From assembly GCA_965364395.1 (NCBI GenBank), contig CBDTXE010000002.1, forward strand, positions 1 to 35,887: 35,887 nucleotides of DNA, read 5' to 3'. The stretch comes from an uncultured bacterium. Its GTDB lineage: Bacteria > Patescibacteriota > Saccharimonadia > UBA4664 > SCTI01. Shown here piece by piece: positions 15,521-23,570 of this stretch. The notes beneath the pieces are model-generated. The model had not been told where the DNA came from. It ran no database searches and was given only the letters and a program-made list of their open reading frames with translations. Within the stretch, counting starts at the first letter, position 1; every line of letters begins with the position of its first letter. A program made the translations under genes and the position numbers.

Positions 15521-18500
15521 TTATGAGTGCAGTAGGGGCAGCTGCTTGGCGACAGGCATAGTGAAGCTAAACTTACTCCCCTTGCCCTCCCGGCTGGTCA
15601 CCCAAATGCGCCCGCCGTGGGATTCCACGAGGTTTTTGACGATGTAGAGGCCAAGGCCCGAACCGCCGGCTTGCATGCTCATGGGGTTATAAATCCGCCC
15701 AAACTTCTGGAACAGCCTTTCAATGTGGGCGGCGGTAATGCCCACGCCCTGGTCCTTGACGCTAGTCACCAACTCGCTCCCCTGAACCTTAAAGTCGATA
15801 ACAACTTCACTCTTGGGCAACGAATACTTAATGGCATTATCGACCAGATTGACTAGTATCTGCCGTAGGCGCGTCTCATCGGCAAGCACCAGCGGCAGCT
15901 TATGTTTGCGGTTGACTTTGAGCATGATCTGACGCTCAAAGCCCTTACTGGCAAGTTCCGTGACTACGTCGGCGATAAGCGGCTCCATGGACAGCGGTTC
16001 CACTTTAAGCTTAATTTTGCCGCTCTCGATGTAGCTGACATCCAGCAAATCCTCAACCAGGTGGATCATGCGCTGGTTGGTTTGATAAACCCGGCTGATG
16101 AAATGGAACTGACGGTCGGTCAACGTTCCAAAGTCCTTGTGTAGCAACATGGACAGGAAGCCTTTTATGGCGGTCAGCGGCGTACGTAGCTCGTGCGAGA
16201 CAATTGAGATGAAGTCGCTCTTAACGGCCTCCACCTCCCGCTCCTTCTGGACGTTGCTGACGACGGCGATACCGCTAGTAACATCGCCGTTATCGCCAAA
16301 AATCGGTGAATAGCTGATTTCCGTCCACACCGTTTGGCCGTTCTTGCCCTGCAGCAGCTGCTCACGCTTTGTCACGACGTCGCCCTCACCCAGCACGCGG
16401 CGGATTGGAGACAGTGCCGACAGGTTTACGCCTTCTGGGGAAACGGTTTTGATGACGTCGATGAACGGCTTGCCGATGACTTCATTGTTGGCAAACCCAG
16501 TCAGTTTGGAGGCGGCGGGGTTGAACCCGACAATCTTTCCGTGGCGGTCAAAGATGATAATCCCCTCTTCTGCGAACTTGAAGACCGCCTCCCAGCGCTC
16601 ACGCCGGGCGTTGACCTCGTTGTACAATTCGGCATTCTCAATCACCACGGCCAGCCGGCTGGCCACCAGGCGCATCAGCTTGCTGTCGTGCGACGTGTAT
16701 TTGACCTCGCGGTGGCTGGCGACGATAACCCCCAGTGCCTTGGAGTGGAAAGTTACCGGTACGGCTATCAAGTTGGAGACCTGGGCCGTGCGCTGCTCCT
16801 CTGGCACGGTACGGATCTGGGGATTGCGGCGGACAAAGGCCTCAACCACCAAACTATCGGCGCTGAGCTGACGCTCGGGGGAATGTTCATTGAATACCGT
16901 GGTGGTGGCCACCCGCTTGAGCTTCTGGCTGCCGGGATCGTACAAATATATGCTGACGTGCGATGAATCCACCAGCGAGCCGAGCGTGGCCAGATACTTT
17001 TTGTAAATTTGGTCAAAGCGGAAGCCCACAAAGCCGCTGAGCTCGGCTAGCGAGGATAACTCGCGCGAGTGCTTCCCGGCCAAGCGCGCCATCTCGTTGG
17101 CTTCGATGGTTTTCTGGACCAACGGCGTGACGTCGCGCATGGTGATAATAGCGCCTTCATAGACCGTGTTGCGGGTGATGGGGCTGGCGACGAGCTGCAA
17201 GTGTTGGACCTTTTCGTTGCCAAACCGGGCTTCGGCGTAAAAAGTAATTTCGCGGCCGTTCCGGACCAGATGGAGTACGTCGCCAAGGTCCATGTCAAAC
17301 AGCATGCGGTCGGCCATGTCCGGCGCCGACATGGCCTGGACGGCGTCGCGCCCCGGCAGCAGCTTGTTCAACTCTTCAAATCGCGAATTTACTGATGTGA
17401 CGACGTTGTTATTGTCGACGATGATCATGCCAATACTGTGGTTGGCCTGGATAATGCGCAGCTTCTCGCGCTCCATATAAATCTGGGTTTGGTCGCGCAG
17501 ACTGACCAATACGCCGACCACCTGGCCGTCAATGTCATAGTACGGTCCAAACAGGGCCTCAATGACCGAGTAGCTGTCGGGTCCTGAGACCTGCAACGGC
17601 AACCGTGCCTGATGGCCGGAGCGGGCCGCCCCAAGGGCTCCGGCCAGGTCGCCCTCCACCGACACCGAGCGGCCTTCCCCGCCGCCCTGCCGCAGCCCCG
17701 CCACCACCTCAACCAGCGGGTGCTCCAAGGCGTCGTCGGCCACGGGCAGCAGGCGCCGCGATGCGGCGTTTAGGTACTGCACGGCGCCATCAAGCCCCAG
17801 GATTATTAATCCGTCCTGCATGCTGTCACGGACGCGGTCGACTTCATTCTGGGTCTTGGTACTGTGGGCCAGCAGCTGCGTGTTATCCAGCGCGATCGCC
17901 GCCTGGTCAGCCAACAGTTTGACAATGCGCTTCTTGGCAAAGCTGAAGTTTTGCATCGTGCGGCTGCCGACAATCAGGATACCGCTGCGCTGGTGCTCCT
18001 GGATGATTGGAACCAGTAGCAGCGCCGAGACACCGTCATCCAAAAAAGCTTTGAGCAAGGACGATTTTTGGTTTAGGTCCAGCTCAATGGGCGCGCCGTC
18101 GCGCATAGCCGGCACGATAACTGGATCAAGCAGGGAGGCCTCCCCCGGCAGGGCGATCTTACTGCCAACCCCGTCAACGCCGACCAGTTTGACCTTATCG
18201 CCGTCATCACCGCCGGCGTAGACCGCTGCAACGTCAGCCTCCAGCAAGGCGCGGCTGTGGCGCAGCAGCTCGCGTGCAAAAGCCGTAAAATCCAGTGACG
18301 AAGTAATAGCGTGAGAAACGCTGAGCAACGTCTCAATTTCTTTGAGGTTTTGGCTGGTGGCCATTTCCAACCGCAGCGCACGGTAAGCCAGTGCCGCCTG
18401 CTTCACTACCATAAAGACATCCGGACTGGCGCAAGCGATGTCGTCAGTAAGCACGGCCACGTAACCATAGACCTCTTTGCCAGCCAGCATGGGTAGGATG

Positions 18501-18850
18501 ACGATGTTTTGCGAGCCCGGCGACGACGCCACCAGCTCGCTACTCTTAACCACGATTTGCTGGCTAACCGCCTCCTCTTCCAGGCGCTGCTTTAGTGCCT
18601 CTTTTAAGTCTCCGGCAATGCTACCGGAGGATTCGCAAAGGCTCAGCTTGCCCGTCCGATCGCTGCCATAAGCCATGACGCTATGGCCACATATGTGGTG
18701 GATGACGGCTGCCAATTTTTTTAGGACGGCATCCATTGCCGTCAGTTCCGTAAAGGCTGTTAGGTGCACCGAAAGACTATCCGCCGACACCTGGCTAGTG
18801 GTGGCGGCGGGCTTACTGGGAGACTTGGTTGTTTCGCGCGCCATCGCCAC
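15521..18850 (-). CDS. Large soluble sensor histidine kinase with multiple GAF/PAS-like modules
   Basis: 1109-aa ORF with no obvious TM helix. H-box SHELRTPLTAIKG and ATPase boxes (NLVDNAIKY, DQGVGI, GSGLGLYIV) sit at the C-terminus. The start is either GTG 18850 or ATG 18844. Confidence 0.88.
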   Translation of the reverse strand: MAMARETTKSPSKPAATTSQVSADSLSVHLTAFTELTAMDAVLKKLAAVIHHICGHSVMAYGSDRTGKLSLCESSGSIAGDLKEALKQRLEEEAVSQQIVVKSSELVASSPGSQNIVILPMLAGKEVYGYVAVLTDDIACASPDVFMVVKQAALAYRALRLEMATSQNLKEIETLLSVSHAITSSLDFTAFARELLRHSRALLEADVAAVYAGGDDGDKVKLVGVDGVGSKIALPGEASLLDPVIVPAMRDGAPIELDLNQKSSLLKAFLDDGVSALLLVPIIQEHQRSGILIVGSRTMQNFSFAKKRIVKLLADQAAIALDNTQLLAHSTKTQNEVDRVRDSMQDGLIILGLDGAVQYLNAASRRLLPVADDALEHPLVEVVAGLRQGGGEGRSVSVEGDLAGALGAARSGHQARLPLQVSGPDSYSVIEALFGPYYDIDGQVVGVLVSLRDQTQIYMEREKLRIIQANHSIGMIIVDNNNVVTSVNSRFEELNKLLPGRDAVQAMSAPDMADRMLFDMDLGDVLHLVRNGREITFYAEARFGNEKVQHLQLVASPITRNTVYEGAIITMRDVTPLVQKTIEANEMARLAGKHSRELSSLAELSGFVGFRFDQIYKKYLATLGSLVDSSHVSIYLYDPGSQKLKRVATTTVFNEHSPERQLSADSLVVEAFVRRNPQIRTVPEEQRTAQVSNLIAVPVTFHSKALGVIVASHREVKYTSHDSKLMRLVASRLAVVIENAELYNEVNARRERWEAVFKFAEEGIIIFDRHGKIVGFNPAASKLTGFANNEVIGKPFIDVIKTVSPEGVNLSALSPIRRVLGEGDVVTKREQLLQGKNGQTVWTEISYSPIFGDNGDVTSGIAVVSNVQKEREVEAVKSDFISIVSHELRTPLTAIKGFLSMLLHKDFGTLTDRQFHFISRVYQTNQRMIHLVEDLLDVSYIESGKIKLKVEPLSMEPLIADVVTELASKGFERQIMLKVNRKHKLPLVLADETRLRQILVNLVDNAIKYSLPKSEVVIDFKVQGSELVTSVKDQGVGITAAHIERLFQKFGRIYNPMSMQAGGSGLGLYIVKNLVESHGGRIWVTSREGKGSKFSFTMPVAKQLPLLHS

Positions 18851-18923
18851 CTACGTTAACTCTGTACTACGTTACCACGCGGCAATTATAACGCTCAAGC
18901 ATAAGGGGCGGCACAGTGGCTAC

Positions 18924-19610
18924 TTACGGGTTTATTTTGGCGGCTTCCACAATGGCGTTGAATTCGTTGATGTACGTCTTGTCCTCAGTGGTCAAAACGA
19001 TGGTTTTGTCTCGGACTGGAAGGACGATGACAACGCCATTGTGCCGCTGGGTATCCAGAATGCCTTCAAACTTACTTCCGGTAATACCGGATACGGTGAC
19101 GCTGCTGTTGGTCAGTTGCTTCTTCTTAACCAGCTCGGAAAAAGGCTTAACGGTCTCCTGCATGGTCTTGCGCAGCAATTGTAGCCGGAAAGCGTGCGTG
19201 TTTTGCGACGATTGCTGGGGTAGGTTGTTGACCACCACGTTGGGGTCAGCCATCAGGTCAACCTGCGTCTGGCCGTTGCTGCTGCGCGCGTAATACATGC
19301 TCCAGTTTTTGGGTACTTGCAGCTTAAATGCGCCGTCGACAACCTCGGCCGTAAACGTGCGGAACGGCTGCTGGTTGGCGATGCGGTTGGACAGTTCATC
19401 GGCTCCCTTTTGCTTGGCAGCGGCCTGCTTCTCCGCCTCGGCGATGCGCTGGGCCTGGGTGCGCTTGATATTGCTGCTCTCGGCGTATGTGTAGACGGCC
19501 ACCACGCCAAACAGCGTCATGCCGATACCTAGAAATACCGTCAGTATTAAATGGAGGTTGAGGCCGCCGTTGGGAGCCTCGGGCATGGATTGGGGCGCTG
19601 TTGGTGGCAT
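18924..19610 (-). CDS. Hypothetical membrane-anchored protein (one N-terminal TM helix)
   Basis: 228-aa ORF with TM segment LHLILTVFLGIGMTLFGVVAVY. TGgTATAAC (19629-19621) lies 10 nt upstream of the ATG and there is no SD. Confidence 0.6.
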   Translation of the reverse strand: MPPTAPQSMPEAPNGGLNLHLILTVFLGIGMTLFGVVAVYTYAESSNIKRTQAQRIAEAEKQAAAKQKGADELSNRIANQQPFRTFTAEVVDGAFKLQVPKNWSMYYARSSNGQTQVDLMADPNVVVNNLPQQSSQNTHAFRLQLLRKTMQETVKPFSELVKKKQLTNSSVTVSGITGSKFEGILDTQRHNGVVIVLPVRDKTIVLTTEDKTYINEFNAIVEAAKINP

Positions 19611-19687
19611 ACTACTTATGGTTATACCATGGCATACGCCAATTGTGCTAGACCTTCTACCGGCAAAACTGGGTGTTAAATCGAAGA

Positions 19688-20170
19688 CTAAGCCTTGGGG
19701 TATTGGTACAAGAAAGTATTACGCGTCTGCTTCACCGGCGTTTGTGGCAATGCAAAGACGTAGCTGACAACGCGGGCGGGCCGCTTAAGCTCTGTCTGCA
19801 ACTTGCGATGCAAGCGTTCCATGTACCGGTCCAACAGGAAAGTGTAGACCACGTCGGCTTCCGGAAGCGCCTCGCTCCAATAGCTCTTCAGCTTGACGGT
19901 CACTTGCCGCCGGTACCGCCAAGTGGCGGCCACGGACCAAAGCCAAAGCAGCGGGTTTATCTCGTAGCCAATGGCCTTGGCGCCCCTCCGGGCGGCGGCC
20001 GCTAGCATCCGACCGTCACCGGACCCCAGGTCTACCAGCGTCTCCCCCGCTTTCAAGCCAGCCAGGTCAAGCGCCGCCTCGGCGTCGCCGCGGCGGACCG
20101 GCAGGTACGGCGCTCCCAGCAAGGCACCCAGGCCAAAACACAGTGCCACCGCAGCTACCAGTGTGAACAT
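19688..20170 (-). CDS. Small class I SAM-dependent methyltransferase with an N-terminal hydrophobic segment
   Basis: 160-aa ORF with motif I LVDLGSGDGR. Its start overlaps the xseB stop. Confidence 0.65.
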   Translation of the reverse strand: MFTLVAAVALCFGLGALLGAPYLPVRRGDAEAALDLAGLKAGETLVDLGSGDGRMLAAAARRGAKAIGYEINPLLWLWSVAATWRYRRQVTVKLKSYWSEALPEADVVYTFLLDRYMERLHRKLQTELKRPARVVSYVFALPQTPVKQTRNTFLYQYPKA

Positions 20171-20436
20171 TAGAACAAGCTAGGCTCGTCGTCGGCATCC
20201 GCGGCCGTCCCGGCGGCCTCCTCCGCCACCCGCGACGGCGCGTCGTAGCGCTGCTTAATCACCTCGACGCGGTTTTCAATTTGCTGCAAGTCCTTCTTGA
20301 GGCCGTCGGCCAGTTCCATACCGCGCTCAAATTTGGCGAGCGCGGCGTCAAGCTCCACGTCTTCCGACTCAAACCATTCGGTAATGTCCTCAAGTTCTTT
20401 GAGGCGGGCGCCAAAATCCGGTTGCTTGTCAGTCAT
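20170..20436 (-). CDS. xseB: Exodeoxyribonuclease VII small subunit
   Basis: 88-aa helical ORF (FGARLKELEDITEWFES ... LDAALAKFERGMEL) that overlaps the 3' end of xseA. Confidence 0.85.
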   Translation of the reverse strand: MTDKQPDFGARLKELEDITEWFESEDVELDAALAKFERGMELADGLKKDLQQIENRVEVIKQRYDAPSRVAEEAAGTAADADDEPSLF

Positions 20437-21601
20437 CGTCGGTAGTAGCCTTCAGTAATCCTTTGGCCAATTGTATCATGAGCGGCTTGCCCGCCCCCAC
20501 GGCCTGCGCGTCAGCAACCACCTTGCCATCGTGCCGTACAATGGCGTATCCGCGCTTGAGCGTGGCCGTGGGGTCGTAGCTGGCCAGCAGCCGCCGCAAA
20601 GACGCCAAACGCTGCTGCTGGGCGGAAAACACGTGCCCTTGGGCGCGGCGTAAGCGGTCCTCATAGGAAACCACCCTCTGGCGCGGAAGCCGCACAAACC
20701 TTTCCAGCGCCGAAACCTGGCGCACGATGTTATGGCGGTAGGCTTCCGTGCGTTGCCGGACGGAGCGGTACATCCGGTTCTGGCGGTGGCCAATGTCGCC
20801 TGCCACCTCCCTCTTGTCCGGCACGACGATGCGCGCGGCGTCGGTGGGCGTGGCCGCCCGCCGGTCCGCGGCAAAATCGGCCAGGCTGACGTCAATTTCA
20901 TGTCCCACGCCCACTATGGTAGGCGTGCGGCTGCCGGCCACCGCCCGGGCCACCATTTCCGTGCTAGAAGCCTGGAGGTCTTCCAATCTACCGCCGCCGC
21001 GGATGACAACCAGGACGTCCGGCGGCGCCGCCAATTGGTTAAAGTATCCTATGGCGCCGACAATCTGTTCCGGCGCCGCGGCGCCCTGGACCTGAACATC
21101 GGCCAAGACGATGCTCAGTCCGCCCCAACGCTGGCCCAGGACTTTAACAAAGTCTGCATAGGCCGCCGATTGGCCGGACGTCACCAGCCCGATGGACCGC
21201 GGGAAGCGAGGCAACTGGCGCTTGCGCGCCGGATCAAACAACCCCTCCTTCTGCAGCTTGGCTTTAAGCAACTCAAAGGCGCGCTTAAGCTCCCCTTCCC
21301 CCGCCAGGGCGACGTAGCGGACGGTAAAGCTAAACTTACCCCACTGGGTTATTTTGGGCAGGCCAGTCACGCGCACTTTCATGCCGTCCTCAACTGGGAC
21401 TTTCAGCATGTAGAGCGGCATGAAGCACGGCAGCGTGGCATCCCCGTCCTTTAGGTCAAAAAACACCCATTTGCCCTGATTGACCTTGTAACCCGACACT
21501 TCGCCTTCCACCGTTACCGCCGGAAAGGCAAATGCCAGGGTTTCGTTGAGGATTCCCAAGAAGGCTTTGACGCCGATGATTTGGTCCGATGGTGGCTGCA
21601 T
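20429..21601 (-). CDS. xseA: Exodeoxyribonuclease VII large subunit
   Basis: Start moved to MQPPSDQIIGVKAFLGILNE (ATG 21601). Has an OB-fold N-terminus and the XseA catalytic core. TATACT (21617-21612) lies 10 nt upstream and there is no SD. Confidence 0.88.
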   Translation of the reverse strand: MQPPSDQIIGVKAFLGILNETLAFAFPAVTVEGEVSGYKVNQGKWVFFDLKDGDATLPCFMPLYMLKVPVEDGMKVRVTGLPKITQWGKFSFTVRYVALAGEGELKRAFELLKAKLQKEGLFDPARKRQLPRFPRSIGLVTSGQSAAYADFVKVLGQRWGGLSIVLADVQVQGAAAPEQIVGAIGYFNQLAAPPDVLVVIRGGGRLEDLQASSTEMVARAVAGSRTPTIVGVGHEIDVSLADFAADRRAATPTDAARIVVPDKREVAGDIGHRQNRMYRSVRQRTEAYRHNIVRQVSALERFVRLPRQRVVSYEDRLRRAQGHVFSAQQQRLASLRRLLASYDPTATLKRGYAIVRHDGKVVADAQAVGAGKPLMIQLAKGLLKATTDDD

Positions 21602-21636
21602 GATAATGAAAAGTATATCGCAGGTTGGCATGGCAT

Positions 21637-21667
21637 GGGGCGCCCGGACCAAATATCCGGACGCCCC
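21637..21667 (-). terminator. 12-bp hairpin (one G-U pair) after the 21677-22174 gene
   Basis: On the minus strand GGGGCGTCCGGA pairs with TCCGGGCGCCCC, 10 nt after the stop. No U-tract. Confidence 0.45.
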
Positions 21668-21676
21668 TAGGCTTGG

Positions 21677-22174
21677 CTATGCGGGCAGGCGGGCGGCTAC
21701 TGCCTGCCTGGCCGGCTGCACGCGTGGTGCCCGGCGCTTGGCGCGCTGGCGCTGGCGGCGGGAGGCCAGCGCCTGGCCGCGCAGGGTGCGGTGCATGCGG
21801 TCGCTCTCCCCCGCTACCAGCTTGGCAAAGCTATCGCAGGCCTCCTGGCTGCCACGTTCCAGAGACTGCAGGAGGTCGCCGTCCACATAGAGGCAGCCAA
21901 TGCCGGCGTGGCGGGCATGCTCCACCACTTGCTTCTGGCGGAAAAGCACATCCTGGCCGCTCCCATCCCCCTGATGGTACGCACAGGCAACCACATAGAC
22001 CTTGTGCTTGGGCAGGAACAGGTGGAAGCGGACGGACCGGCGTCGGCGGTCGGTGCGGTCACGCGGCAGCTCCATTCGCGGGACCCTGTCAATGACATCC
22101 CCGTAGCGGGGCTCTCCCTGGCCGTCGTCCTGCAGCCAGTGCTTCAGCCGTCGCGTTGCCGATGGCTTGCGCAT
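21677..22174 (-). CDS. Hypothetical protein (165 aa), second gene of the ORFan operon
   Basis: Start moved to MRKPSATRR (ATG 22174), preceded by GAAGGGA. The ORF-track start at 22378 lies inside the upstream gene. Arg-rich C-tail. No family recognised. Confidence 0.5.
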   Translation of the reverse strand: MRKPSATRRLKHWLQDDGQGEPRYGDVIDRVPRMELPRDRTDRRRRSVRFHLFLPKHKVYVVACAYHQGDGSGQDVLFRQKQVVEHARHAGIGCLYVDGDLLQSLERGSQEACDSFAKLVAGESDRMHRTLRGQALASRRQRQRAKRRAPRVQPARQAVAARLPA

Positions 22175-22215
22175 GGATGTCCCTTCTGGTTTGGGTGTGC
22201 ACGTAAGTCTTTGGG

Positions 22216-22752
22216 CTAGGCCGCCGCGGCAACCAGCTGGCGCCGCTGGAGCTTGCGACGGGTCTTGGCCGGTGGCCGGCGCTCCTCCGGCGCACCCACC
22301 AGCTGGAGCAGGCTCCATGGCGTCATGAGCTGGCCGTAAGCCTCTTCCCGCTTGAAGGCGACGGTCATGATCCAGCAATGCACCACATTGACAGCGTCGG
22401 TTTCCGGCAAATTGCGCAGCAGCGCCAGCATCTGCCGGTTGATATACAGTACCGGCCGGCGGTACCGGCCTTCAATGGCCTCCATCCTGGCCTTCTTGCC
22501 GGCCCAGACGCTGCGGGAGTTGGTTATCTCAATCTCCATCTGCCGCCCGCAAAACGTAAACTCCAGATGGATGTCAGGCTGCATGCCACGCCCTTCCGGG
22601 CGGCGGTACAGCCGTGATTCCCACTGCATCGTTACGTCGGCTATCTGGCCGACGAGCTGCGCGACCAGCGCCTCCCCGTTGTCTTCCCTTGGCCTCCTAA
22701 AAGGATCACAGACGAGCTCGGGTGAAGGCGTGTACCGCTGCTGCTGGGTCAT
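22216..22752 (-). CDS. Hypothetical protein (178 aa), first gene of the ORFan operon
   Basis: ORF behind an approximately 107-nt leader. AGGGTAGG lies upstream of the ATG at 22752. No family recognised. Confidence 0.55.
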   Translation of the reverse strand: MTQQQRYTPSPELVCDPFRRPREDNGEALVAQLVGQIADVTMQWESRLYRRPEGRGMQPDIHLEFTFCGRQMEIEITNSRSVWAGKKARMEAIEGRYRRPVLYINRQMLALLRNLPETDAVNVVHCWIMTVAFKREEAYGQLMTPWSLLQLVGAPEERRPPAKTRRKLQRRQLVAAAA

Positions 22753-22775
22753 GGATGCCTACCCTGGTCGTGATA

Positions 22776-22859
22776 TCAAAAAACCGCCAGGCGGCGGCGT
22801 GCTGAGAGGCTGACGCTGCAAGCGGCAATGGGCACGATGTTGGTATCGGCTCCCCTCAT
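22776..22859 (-). CDS. Candidate leaderless 27-codon leader ORF (MRGADTNIVPIAACSVSLSARRRLAVF)
   Basis: Hand translation. The ATG lies 6 nt after TATGAT. Codons CGC CGC CGC CTG GCG GTT TTT TGA run through the hairpin and U-tract. Confidence 0.35.
   Translation of the reverse strand: MRGADTNIVPIAACSVSLSARRRLAVF
22778..22797 (-). terminator. Attenuator-like hairpin CCGCC-GCCT-GGCGG plus T6 inside the operon leader
   Basis: 5-bp all-GC stem followed by TTTTTT on the minus strand, 25 nt upstream of the ATG at 22752. Confidence 0.4.
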
Positions 22860-22865
22860 GCCCTA

Positions 22866-22899
22866 ATCATAAAATAAGGACAAGCAGATTGTCAATCTG
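22866..22899 (-). promoter_or_regulatory. Promoter TTGACA-18-TATGAT whose -35 sits in a perfect 15-bp palindrome CAGATTGTCAATCTG
   Basis: Minus strand has TTGACA (22895-22890) and TATGAT (22871-22866). The palindrome spans 22885-22899 (7-1-7). Confidence 0.6.
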
Positions 22900-22922
22900 A
22901 TGCCTATCTGATTGTTTTATGC

Positions 22923-22951
22923 TTGCTTTTTTGAGTGTTTTGTGGTATTAT
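22923..22951 (+). promoter_or_regulatory. Promoter TTGCTT-17-TGgTATTAT (extended -10) for the 23027 gene
   Basis: TTGCTT (22923-22928), TG (22943-22944) and TATTAT (22946-22951). Confidence 0.55.
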
Positions 22952-23026
22952 TTGCGCTTCAGCACGCTTCCGGTTTAATCCGGTACCGCCCTGGAGCACC
23001 CGTCCGTTCCCACCCTGGAGGTCTGC

Positions 23027-23485
23027 ATGACCACGGCAGTGTTGGAGATGCCCACCACGACAACGGCCCGCGCCGAGGAGCCGGAGCCGTTCGTGCCCGT
23101 CGGGGACCTCGTCCGCTGTCTGGCGGACGCCGCCCTCAAGATCGTTGGCCGAGACAGCCAGGACCCCAAGAAGCTCGGCGACGCCGTCGAGATGCTGTGC
23201 CAGCAGCACGCCCTCACCATGCGTGCCGCGGAAGTTCGCCACCTGATCGTCGCCTACATCGACGCCGAACGCACGCCAGCTCCCCCGCTCTTCGGGCGGT
23301 TCGGCAAGTGGGTCACCACCCACTGCCCGGAGCCCGAGGGCTACTCCCTCGTCGTCGCGGCCGCCTGGCTGAAGGCTTCCGTCTGGAAGCATGCCTTCCC
23401 CGTCGTGGACGCCAACTGCAATGCCGCCGCCCGGAGGGCCATCCAGGCCGGCCGCCAGAGCAAGGCCATCGCCATGGCCGCCTAG
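23027..23485 (+). CDS. Hypothetical protein (152 aa), divergent from the ORFan operon
   Basis: GGAGG lies 5 nt upstream of the ATG at 23027. Has its own promoter and a downstream hairpin. Longer ORFs overlapping it on both strands lack such signals. Confidence 0.6.
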   Translation: MTTAVLEMPTTTTARAEEPEPFVPVGDLVRCLADAALKIVGRDSQDPKKLGDAVEMLCQQHALTMRAAEVRHLIVAYIDAERTPAPPLFGRFGKWVTTHCPEPEGYSLVVAAAWLKASVWKHAFPVVDANCNAAARRAIQAGRQSKAIAMAA

Positions 23486-23505
23486 TCTCCGCTCCCCCAC
23501 ATCAC

Positions 23506-23537
23506 GGCCGCCGCTCCCCTCGCTGGGGGCGGCGGCC
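23506..23537 (+). terminator. GC hairpin after the 23027-23485 gene
   Basis: GGCCGCCGC / GCGGCGGCC outer stem with an inner CCCC/GGGG stem. No U-tract. Confidence 0.45.
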
Positions 23538-23570
23538 AAACATATTAAGCAATTACGGTATGATACCGAT

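Noticed and set aside
21625-22378. Plus-strand ORFs 21625-22095 and 21791-22219, and the 233-aa extended form of the minus ORF 21677-22378
   Set aside because: The plus ORFs are low-complexity shadow frames. The extended minus form would overlap the upstream gene by about 160 nt and has no SD. The internal ATG 22174 has an SD and follows the upstream stop by 41 nt.
22216-22752. Calling the 178-aa ORFan a PD-(D/E)xK / DUF559-type nuclease
   Set aside because: The idea rests only on a PD...EIE pattern seen by eye. There is no lysine in the expected position and no profile search was possible. It is kept as a guess in the finding and not as an annotation.
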